This document shows positions 53,479-64,000 of a stretch of DNA of 64,000 nucleotides, one piece after another (positions within the stretch are counted from its first letter, which is position 1; each line of letters begins with the position of its first letter). A program made the translations under genes and the position numbers. Under the pieces are notes generated by a model, which did no database searches, had not been told where the DNA came from, and saw nothing but the letters and a program-made list of their open reading frames with translations. This DNA comes from Camelus dromedarius (taxonomy: Eukaryota), in assembly GCF_036321535.1 (NCBI RefSeq), contig NC_087437.1:21826001-21890000 (forward strand), given 5' to 3'.

Positions 53479-56059
53479 GTGAATTTTACTGTATTCATTT
53501 CAATTATGCTTCAGGAAACCTGACAAAAATACATAATGCTACAACATTCTAAGATAAAGAAATAAGAAAATGACAGTGGAGTTTTATGACTTATTACCAC
53601 CCCAGAAGAAAACAGTGATACGCAAGCCCGTTGCTATTACAACAGTCAGGTCAAGTACAGTAATGAATGCCAAGGTGAAGAATTTTGTACTTTTCAAAAC
53701 TGTTAGCTATTCTAGGTTCTTTGCTTTTTCATGTAAATTTTGGAATCTGTCCATCAATGTCTTGAAAAAAAAAAAACTCGTAGGGATTTTAATTGGAATT
53801 GCACTGAAACTGATTTTTTGGTTTTCCTCAGAAAATACATTTATAAAATATAAAATAAGCTGAGGTTATAGGCCCTAGAGAGTCTAATTATTCAAAATTA
53901 CACCAAGAAAATATTAATAGCGCCAGGGTAATGGCTACTCTGAATCTCTCATTTGTAAGTAAATTTGTTAGCTTTCTGGCATCACTGCCCCATTTGTAAA
54001 CATGTTGTTTCTTGAAGATATACTTAGACATGACAATGACAGTGTTTCTCTTCCTTTGGTTATTTCACACTATTTTTTCTTTTCCTGCTTCCCCTGCCCC
54101 TAGTTTAAAATAAATACTTCGAATATAGAAATCAAAACTAAGAAAAATTTTATGTGTTAGTTGCATGCTTTAAAAATAACTCTTTAAGAGATATGATTTC
54201 TTTAAGAGATATGATTTCAGATGTAAATTAAATTACAGTGATACAAGAGGCAAAACAGCATGTTTGGGTAGGAGGTAAATGTATGTTTCAAAAAAGAACT
54301 GTTTCAGCCAGATAATGACAGGCTCCTTCAACCTGCTACCAGCAATCTAGAGGTTTCTCTCTCACTCTCTCTCTCTCCATTAGAAAGACTATTGAATCAA
54401 TCCTTTCAGTTTTAGGTAAAATTATTCTCATTGAAGGATATTAAAACGATCAAGTGCCATTTGAAAAGAGTTTTGAGGAAGAAAATTTACTAGCCACCTC
54501 ATTCACTCAGAAATTAAAGCAGTTCTGGAGGATAATTCAGCTCCATGTTTTAAAACTCATTTCACCCACTTTATTTTTCAGTGGAAGTAGCAAGAAATCA
54601 CTGTATTTTCTATAATGATTGTTTTAACACAGAGGGCTTTTTTCTTTTTAAGCTATAAAACTAAACTAAGCATAGGAGGGAACAGTTCTCTTATTCTTCT
54701 CCATATCCTCAGCTTAAGTACAGTGTTGATGTTAAATGACACAAATTTGTTGAATGAAAATTTAGCCATTATCTGTTTGTGTAAATATCCTGGAATTGAC
54801 ATCCAATTGGTTAGCCATCGAACAACTGCAGGCTCTCGGTCCTATTTCATCAGGTTGGACTGGAAGACAACTCAGAGCACCTGCTTCAAACTTCTCATTT
54901 TATAGGTAAGAAAACTGACATTTTAAGTGATTTATCCAGGTTGTATAATGATTGACTTGAGATCTTGAACTCAATTTCCTGTTTGTATTAGGAAAGATAT
55001 ATTCCAAACCTTTGCTTTTTTGAATGAATTCCCATTGTAGGTTCATCTTGGTCAGAGAACAGAATTTAAGATGTTCAGTTCCTGCTTTTCTAAGTGATTG
55101 TTTATTAAAGACTTTTAAGTTTATGACCAAGGTCAGAAGCAGAGACCAGCGAGATGAGCCAGAGTCAGGGGGAAAGGATGAGCAGTGAGGTCGCAAACAT
55201 AAAAAAGCAGGAGTCAGTCTTAGAAAATAAATAAGCCAGGCCATGGAGGGACAAAGGGTTTAGAAAGGAGAAACTGGTTAATTTTCTTTGTCACTTTAAA
55301 TCCTTATCAATTTGGTTATTCAAGGATCTGGAAACAATTTAAACCTATACAGGATCTCAGAAAGAATTCATTTCAACTTCCTCATTTTACAGATAATGAA
55401 ACTAAAATTCCCAGTGCTGCCCTGTGAAGGAGAATCCAAGTCTTTCTCCTCCTCATCCAGGATGCTCTTAATTGCATTGTTACTGTTAATACTAATTTCT
55501 TATCTGTGAAACAAATTGGTCAGCTGTGTAAAGTCGTACTTTGAGCTTGTAGATTTTCTTAATATACTTCTGAACTTAAAAGCTCCATCTCAGTGTTTAA
55601 ATCTAACCTGATCTTACTATCATAATGCCATAGGGACATCCTTCAAGCAAAAGATACTGTTTCAAATTTATATCTGATCAAATTTTAGCCTTTTTAAACC
55701 TAATTGTTGACTTTGTTTTTAAGAGGAAAAAGCAAATGACAAAAACAAAATGTCAAAATTTTAAATAATAACTTTAAAATCCCTCAGAGAAACGTCTATA
55801 TATATCCCAGAGGTGCCTCGTCTGCATACCTAACTGTACATCCATGTGTATATACCCCGATGCTTGCACTGCCACAGGCTCTATGTTAAAAAGGGACTGT
55901 TGGTGTGTGAATAATGACCCTCTGACCCTTGAATCCCTAATTCAAGATGCTTAGTTATAAAAAATAAAATTATATTTATTTTTTGTTTGGGGCTAGGACT
56001 AAGAGACAAACTTGTGAAACTATTAATTCTAATCACTTCCGCGCAGGTTGCTTCAAGTT

Positions 56060-58850
56060 TTCTATTTGGATAAACATATCATCTTTGCATTATAATAGTC
56101 TTGTTTCTTGCCTTTCCAATATCATTTATTTCTTTTTCTTGCCTAGCTACACTGACCAGACCTTCCAGTACAATTTTTAATAGAAATGGTGATTTTAAGC
56201 ATTCTTACCACTGATCTTAAAAGAAATGCTTTCAATATTACACCATTAAATATGAGATTTGCTGCAAGTTTCTTTGTCAGCTTAAGGAAGTTCCCTTCTA
56301 TTCATAGTTTGCTCAGGGTTTATTTTTGTCATGAATAAATGTTGAATTATATCAAGTGCTTCTGCATTATTAAGACCAAATGATTTTTCTTCTTTAATCT
56401 GTCATGAATAGGGCTTAACAGAACCTTTCCCCATTAACGGTTGATCTTTGTTTAGCTCTAGCTTAGTCTACCTAGTAATCTGATAATACAGTATGTCAAC
56501 TATGTTGCTAGGCTAACTTGTTTATGGTAGGAATGACCCCTGATTGGTGAACTGCATTGGATTGGAAGGAATCTAATCCAATATAAAGGAACTATGAATA
56601 CCTGATAGGGAAGCCATAGCTTTGGGCTTTCCTGAGTGTGTAACTCATAACTATTTATGTCATCTATGAGGAGTCTGGAAGCTGGGCCTATGGTGTTGTT
56701 ACAAGAGATACCAGCTTCTGTGAAAATGCGGCCTTTAACTGGAGTGTCTGCATCCACTTGGCATGAATCTTGTCTCCTGGCATCTGAGACATCATGTAGG
56801 GAGGCCAAGGAAAACAGCTCATGGATGGCTGTGTGGACAGCTGCCAGATGGCTGCAAAGGCTCCCACAGAAGAAGAAGGTGTGACATAGCCCTGTTAAGC
56901 TCTGGTCCCTGTGCTCTGTCTTTCTAAGGATATTGATATCGAAGGAGGCCTGTGGTACTGTTGAATCTGAATGTTTAGTTGTGCCTAAGACTCCCTAGTT
57001 GGCACTGCAGGAAGTTTGACCATTGAATTTCTCATGTTAAATCAATCAAGCATTTCTGGGATAAACCCAACTTGATCATGACCTATTTTGTTTGCTGGAT
57101 TTTGGTAATATTTTGTTTAGGGTTTTTGCACCTATGTTCGTAAGTAAAATCAGACTAGTGGTCTTCCTAGATCCTATTGTCTGCTAAAGTTTTGATGTTA
57201 AGATTATATTAATCTCATAAAAAGAATTGCTGGATGTTACTTTTTTATACTCTGGAATAGAATATGTTAGATTGGCAGTCTTTGGCCCCCAGATGTTTGG
57301 TAGACCTTCTAAATAAAACTATCTGGGCCTGGAGTTTTATTTGAAGAAAGTTTTAAAATTATGCTTGAGTTTCTTTAGTGGTTATAGGACTATTTAAGTA
57401 TTCTATTTCTACCAGAGTCTAAGTTAGTAAGTCCCCACCCCTCAGCCAGGAATTTGTCCACTTCATGTAAGTGTTCAAATCTACTGACATAAGTGGTTCA
57501 TAATATCCTCTTAATCCTTTTTAAGAGTCTGTAACATCTGTTGTAAGGTCCCTTTTCATTCCTAAGTTGTTTTGTTGTCCTTTATTTATTTATTTATTTA
57601 TTTTTTTGCTTAATCTTGTCAGTTTTGTCAATTATATTAGTCATTTTAGAGAACCAATTTTTGATTTTGTTAATTTTCTCTACTTAAATTCTATTTTACT
57701 CAATTTCTGCATTTATGCTTATTTCCTCCTACTCTTTAGGAGGGTGTTCTTTTGTTCTTTTACTGACTTCCTAATTTGTACCATTCACAAAATATTTTCA
57801 CCCTTTTAGAACGTAAACCTTTAATGTTATAAATTTTAAAGTGCTATTTAAGTTGCATTCCACACAGTTTAATATTCAATGTTTCTATTATTGTTCAAAT
57901 TTTTAATATTTCCTATTTTCCATTAGTTTCTTTTTGATCATGAGTTATTTAAAAGTACATTTCTCAATTTCCAACATCAAGTTTTTTCTTTATTTTAACT
58001 ATTGTGTACTTTGGGTCATTAATTTCTAATTATTCGTTGTTGCTGGAGAGGATGACCATGCGATGCTAGTTCTTTGAAATTTGATGGGATTTGTTTCATG
58101 GTGCAGTGGTCAAGTTTTGAAGTTGTTCATACTGAGATTAAAAATGAGCTTTTGATTCTATCTATGTCCATCAGGCAAATTTAGTTAACTGTGTGGTTCA
58201 AATCTTCTGTATCTTTATTTTTTTTTCCCTTTTAAATCTGCCAGTTACTGAGAGAAATGTGTTAAAATCTCCCACTGTGATGATAAACTTGTCAATTTCC
58301 ATTTATACTATGCCAAATTTAGTTATATATTTTGAAGAATGTTTTTAGCTGCATGCAAATTTTAAAATTGTTGTATTTCCTTGTAGCCCTCTTCATCTGG
58401 AGAAATGACTTAAAGTCTTTTCCCCTAATATTAATAAAGCCACATCAGTTTTGTTTTGGTTAATATTTGCCTGATATATTTATGTTTTTCTATCCTTTGC
58501 TTTTCAACTTTTTTGTGTCCCTATGTTTTAGATGTGTCTTTCAAATAGCATATAGTTGGATTTTGTTTTTCTAATTCAGTCTGATAATCTTTGGCTTTTA
58601 ATTTAAGTATTTAGTCTAATTATGTATATTGAAGTTATTGATACATTTGCATTTCTACCATCATATTTTGTTCTATTTTTACTTTATTTCACTTTCTTGA
58701 ACTTCTTACCTTTTTTTCTCTGCTAGTTTTAAATTTTCAAACTCAATATTCTTTTATGGTAACCCTAGATATTTTAATGGAAATACTTAAAAGTTATCAA
58801 ATTAATCAATATTTTTATCCTTCTCTTTCTCAATATAAAGGCCTTAGAAC
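56060..58850 (-). mobile_element. Old L1 ORF2 relic with a ~600-bp nested insertion (~56410-57020)
   Basis: ttaaggaagttcccttctattcatagtttgct, tctgggataaacccaacttgatcatg, aactatctgggcctggag, gttaaaatctcccactgtgat. Confidence 0.8.
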
Positions 58851-61009
58851 ACTTAGCTCAAATCTTTTTTTTTTTTAATGTTTGTTTTCTACATGAACTT
58901 ACTGTTCTACATGAATTTAAACCAAAGGGTTTTCTGGTTAATATTACTTGACTAACATTAGAGCTTCCTGATTAGTGACTGTTTTGTTATAGGGCTTTTC
59001 TTTAAAGAAGATTTTTGTCACTATTTTATTTCATTGAATAGTCCAGAAGGTCTAATGGAAGCCTAGCAGTACTCTCTTACAGGAAGGAAAAAAAGAAGGT
59101 AAAATTCTTCCAACTTAAGGTTAACCTTCAAACAATTAAGTAATATAACAGAATTAAGATTTGGGAACTTTGCAAGATTCTTATGTTTTTGTTATAGGAG
59201 TTGAATTGAATTCAAAGGATGAAAGTTAAGCTAGCAGAATCCTCTGAAACACATCAGAGTCTGGTTTATCATTTTGAAATGTTTATATGGTCATTCACTT
59301 GTTTGTCACATGTAAATTGATTCCCCAAGTACAAATACCTAAAAACAAAAACAAAACCTTTTCACCATTCTGTAAAAAGAAATAAAAAATTTTAAAAGTA
59401 AGTCCCAAAAGAGAAAATAGTAGAGGACCCCAGAAGTCATCTGGCCTAACCCCAATTTATAACTAAGGAAACTGAAGTTCAGTTAAAATAAATGATATAA
59501 TAAACAAGAAAAGAAATTAAGGGATGGTTGTTGGAGCAGAAAAAGCAGTGTCACTGTTCAGCTTACATCTATGTTTTGAATAACTGAATTAAAAGACAAA
59601 CCATTGCCTTCTGTTGTTAACCACTAATCCCACAGACAGTTGTTAAGTCTTGTGTCAGAGATGTCAGTGGTTTGGAAAGTCTGGATTGCTCTACCCAGTT
59701 TTTAACCTCACTGTGACTCAAGCCCCCACTCAGAAACCTGTGGGAGTCTTCCCGTGGGGGTGCAGGAGGCTGACAGCTGCAAGCCTGCTGCCTGTAGCGC
59801 ACCAACAGTGGAGTTCTGCTGAAAGAGAAAATGCTAAAATCTTTAGTAATCACTCCAAAGCCCCACAACATGCGTTCCTGAAAGAGAATGCTGGACTCAA
59901 TCAGGTTTCCACAGTTACAGCCTGGCTGGGTGCCCTGCGCCCTCAGCTGGTGGAGACGGCCTTTCTAAAAGGTGCCTCTGGCCCATGGAGCCTGCCAGTG
60001 GCTCCTCTAGCTCCTCCACTTCCTCAGCTGGTGAATTCTCTGGTACTGATGGCATCCCAGGGGGAGAGCTGAGGAGTGATTCCTGATCCTGCCAACCAGC
60101 CCACGTTCATGGCTTTCTTGTGTTCCCTCAGCTGCCAAACAGTTGTCTTCCTTCTGAACTTCCATTTTGCTGCTCTTTGAATGTCTGGTCACTTCTAGGG
60201 CTGGGAATTATTGTCTTCACCCAAAAGAATATTTTTACTTAGTTCTAGAACTTTGCTTCAACTGTGGGAGACCTGGAGACCCAAGTCTTTGTTTATCCCT
60301 AACCTTCTTCAAATAGGGGTGGTTGTCCCCTCTCCCACAGCTCCCGGCAGGCAACCTCCTGAGGGCTGGTTGCCACAATCCTTGCAGGTCCAGCTGCATT
60401 TTTAGCAGCTCCATGCAAACGATGGGGGTCCTTGCACAGTTCTTCCATTACTGAGTGAGAGTAGATTTTTCAAAGCAATGGCAGAAAAGCATCCTAGCTG
60501 ATACAGCCTGATGCAGTTGAGTAGGGATGAACAGGATAGGGGGCTCAGGCTTACTTCTAATTTCAAGTCCTGTAAGATGACAAATTATGATACAGGGCAG
60601 GAAAACAAAGACCGAACTCTGCAAGGTAAGAGGATTTTTCCTCTAGAGCAGAGAAAGCTGCTTGTAGTGGAAGGAAGGGTACTGGGTTTGGAAGTAGGAC
60701 TTCTGAGCTTGATTGTCTTCTGTTGTCTTGGGAGATGTGTGCTCTGGACAAGCCACGCAATATGCCTGACCTCCCATTTCTATTACAAAATGAAAGACCT
60801 GAACCAGATTCCTGAGGGACACACAATCCTCTGGTTCTGCAGAGATGATTTATAGTCTGTTTACATGCCTGGATCCATCCCGTCCTGCAGTTGTTGGCAT
60901 GCTTTTTTAGCAAAGTATAAATTGATACAAAGACAACCTTATATGTCTATAGTGGGGAATATTCTTTTCACAGTGTCCCATTTTCTATAAAAACAAGTTT
61001 AATGGCTAT

Positions 61010-61467
61010 TATATAATCATTTAAAAATATTTTATTAAGCATTGATTTAAAAAATGCAAGAGAAGAATATAACACCTCAGAGCAAATGCTTGAAGGCAGA
61101 ACGAGTATCACTATAAATATTGCACATATAAAAATCTCTTTTTTACATCTTCACACAACTCATTTCTAAAATATCCTTTGACAGAGACGTATAAATAAAT
61201 GGCTTCCGAATTGTCAACGCTGGATATGTTTAGTTTCTCATCACCCCACTACGTCTGCAGGTTTTCAATCGGACGTCTGTTCCTCTTCCGCGCAGGCACA
61301 CAACTTCCATCAGCGATGTCGGAGGTCTCATACCTACATCGTGTGAAGAGTAAATCTTTCTGGATGCTCAATATTTCATGTTATAAATTTTTCTTTTTTC
61401 TACTGAGAAAAAAATAGATCTTTCAGAGGCAGTGACAGAACGCAGCTTAAATGGGCACCGTTCACTG
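61010..61467 (-). other. PCOLCE2: PCOLCE2 3' UTR (end approximate)
   Basis: Unique sequence between the stop and a reverse-strand AATAAA. Confidence 0.75.
61031..61036 (-). terminator. Probable PCOLCE2 polyadenylation signal AATAAA
   Basis: tttatt on the + strand, ~430 nt downstream of the PCOLCE2 stop. Confidence 0.75.
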
Positions 61468-61598
61468 TTAACATTGCTTGTTCTTCAAGGCATTCAAGAG
61501 CTTCTGATTCTTGGTCTTGAACATCATGATAAAGCTGTTTGGCAAGATTTTGCCTCGCCCATCTTCACCCACTTGGCCCATAATAATGTAATTTAGGC
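61468..61598 (-). CDS. PCOLCE2: PCOLCE2 (procollagen C-endopeptidase enhancer 2) last coding exon, NTR-domain C-terminus; missing from the ORF track
   Basis: Reverse strand: acceptor ctcttttag at 61599-61607, then (G)LNYIIMGQVGEDGRGKILPNSFIMMFKTKNQKLLNALKNKQC and TAA (61468-61470). Matches the recalled PCOLCE2 C-terminus and the known TRPC1-PCOLCE2 synteny. Confidence 0.95.
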
Positions 61599-63049
61599 CT
61601 AAAAGAGAATATAAGATTATTATTTTTTTTCTCTGTGTTGGTTTGAAAGAGCTTAGACTATCACTTACCTCTCTGTAAATGTTCTATAAATGATATAATT
61701 AGACATTTATTCTCTCTAGGATAAAATGTGGTTTAAGACTCTCATCAAAAAAAATCTAAATTCAACGGAATGACTTGTCCCAGGTCTGTGGACACGAGGA
61801 CACTGGACGAAATGGTCACATCCAGTCACGTCCAGCCCAGCAGTGCTGCAGGCCCAGTGTACTTACTGAGTCTCCACTATGAAAGACACACTGTGTTCCT
61901 GTGAGAGGCTGTCCCTCCTCGAGGGGCCGCCAGTGCTCCCTGAAACGCCATCTTCAGGTGGCCTCTCGTGGCCCCACAGCGCGTCTGGATTTCCCCAGGC
62001 ATTTGGCAACTGATGATCCACTGTCTTCTGTTGCTGTTGTCTTGAACTTTTTTTTTTTAACATTGTGAACATTTATACTATGTAAGTTTTTTGAGGGTAT
62101 GGTTGGATCATACACTTCTTTACCTTCTTACTATAATAGTCCCTTGCAAAAAGATAGGTACTAAAAAGTACTTATATCTGTTATACTATTTTTTTTAATA
62201 TATTAGTGTGTCTGGCTAGATCAGGACTAGACTGGGGCCAACGCTGAACTATGTTGGGTTCAAGCCTGCAGATTTATGTTCCCTCAGAAAAATGTCGTAA
62301 AGGAAGTGTGTTATCACCTCCCTTATTTTCCCTCTCACCCTGTATGTCATAGAGAAAATATATGTTTCCTTTCTCTCTTGCATAACACTTCCTCTGTGGG
62401 CCACCGTTGTCATCATAGCGGTCTTGAGCCTCAGAAAGCTTGGTAGGCTGGGCAGGTCGATGCCACCGCAGGGCCGGGCTGCTGGCATCACTCTGAGATG
62501 CCAGCAGCCTGTAAGTAAGTATCGAGACGTGCATTATCTGCTGCTCCTGACAGTTCTGGGGAAGAAGTGTCACCTTTTACTTTGCTGTTCCCTCTGAAGA
62601 GTCAGCGTGAGGCTGCTGGCCTCCTGATTTTTCTGAACAATCTAAAGTCATAGTGAAGCTTTCTTGAAGTGGGTATTTTGTATTTCTGTGTATGTGTGTG
62701 TGGTGGGGGTTTGGTTTGTTTTGGTTGTGGGAGAGGTTTGTAACAAGACGGAGGAAAGGAATGAGCTGATACTGGATAGAGAAAATCACGATCTATCACA
62801 CAGTGGAATACCAGGCATTATTACCACTCCAAAGAAAGAAAGAGACCTTTTTGTGCTGTTGACAGAAAGATGTCTGCATACACATCATGTGGGGGAAAAG
62901 CTGCAGTAGGCTGTGTGTAGCATGATCCCATCTATGTGCGTAGGTGCATGCTTTCTATGGAGAGAACTTTCCCAAAGGAACTTTTCATTGTGCCTCTGGA
63001 GAAAGGGAAAAGGCTTCACCTTTTATAGCCTTCTCTACTTCTTTAAACT

Positions 63050-63497
63050 TTTAATTTAATTTTATTTTTAATATATTTTTTATTGAAGTATAGTCAGTTT
63101 ACAATGTTGTGTCAATTTCTGGTGTACAGCACAATACTTCAGTCATATAGGAACATACATACATTTGTTTTCACATTCTCTTTCACCATAAGTTACTATA
63201 AGCTATTGGATATAGTTCCATGTGCTATTCAGTATAAACTTGTTGTTTATCTATTTTATATATAGTAGTTAGTATCCACAAATCTCGAACTCCCAGTTTA
63301 TCCCTTTCCACCCGCTTCCCCGGCTGGTAACCACAAGTTTGCTTTCTATGTCTTTGAGTCTGTTTCTGTTCTGTAAATAAGTTCGTCTTTTTTTTTTTTA
63401 GATTCCACATATGAGTGATATCATATGGTATTTTTCTTTCTCTTTCTGGCTTACTTCATTTAGAATGACATTCTCCAGGTCCATCCATGTTGTTGCT
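63050..63497 (-). mobile_element. Relatively young 5'-truncated L1 3' end in the last PCOLCE2 intron
   Basis: attgaagtatagtcagtttacaatgttg...ctggtaaccacaagtttg...tagattccacatatgagtgatatcatatggtattt...ctccaggtccatccatgttg. Confidence 0.9.
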
Positions 63498-64000
63498 GAA
63501 CTTTTTAACATTACTTTTATAAGTTAAAGAACCTGTTTTTAAAAAAATCATGTGCCTCTGTCTCTGGAGTAACTTTCCTTTTTTCAAAATTTCTCTTAAT
63601 AATAAACTCATTCTCATTGCTGGATTTAATAATCCTATGTCTACAAATGAGCCCTGAATCTTTCATTCTAGCCCATATATACATACCTCTGTCTTCTGAA
63701 CTCCAGCTCTGAACTTCCTGTTCTTTGATGGATAGTTTCCTCTAAACTTAGTATCAGCACCTTAAGTGCAATAATTGAAAACTTCTTTCTGCTGAGCTGC
63801 TCTTTTTGTGTCTGTTCCCTAGTGATCTGACTTCAAATGCTTCTTGGACTCATTCATCCTTTCCACTACCTTGTCTTCTTCCACAAGTGACAGGAACTGG
63901 GATTGGAGCCCAATTCTCTCTGACTCCAGAGGCCCTCCTTCGAAACCAGAAGTGGGCAGTATATTAGCCCTGACTTTATTTGCCTAGACTAGACACAGCA

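Noticed and set aside
60050..60070. CTCF site (gcatcccagggggagagc)
   Set aside because: Only the central CCAGGGGG matches; several informative flanking positions mismatch.
59650..60072. 140-aa ORF as a novel gene
   Set aside because: It starts at a non-ATG codon, has no recognisable domain or splice structure, and long ORFs are expected in GC-richer sequence.

Overview
This is mammalian genomic DNA, AT-rich and repeat-rich. It is most likely from a camelid, because it carries two tRNA-Ala(AGC)-derived SINEs resembling the camelid Vic-1 family plus artiodactyl-type L1 3' ends. The + strand holds coding exons 2-13 and the 3' UTR of TRPC1 (exon 1 lies upstream of the window). All 12 exons have GT-AG boundaries and consistent phases and total 2210 nt including the stop codon. 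Adding the 172 coding nt I recall for exon 1 gives a 793-aa channel. The - strand holds the last coding exon and 3' UTR of PCOLCE2, tail-to-tail with TRPC1. The rest is introns and intergenic DNA filled with L1, L2, MIR, LTR and hAT relics and microsatellites. I see no evidence of a new multi-gene biological system, CRISPR array or prokaryotic feature. The most unusual items are retrotransposition products: (1) a U6 snRNA/L1 chimeric retrocopy that has lost the ACAGAGA box, (2) a TSD-bounded L1 keeping both ends but lacking ~4 kb internally, with ORF1 joined in frame to the ORF2 C-terminus, and (3) a ~78-nt polyadenylated orphan retrocopy of unknown parent. A (TG)20 tract also sits just upstream of the TRP-box exon. 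Repeat family names come from recalled consensus sequences, not from a database search, and repeat boundaries are approximate.
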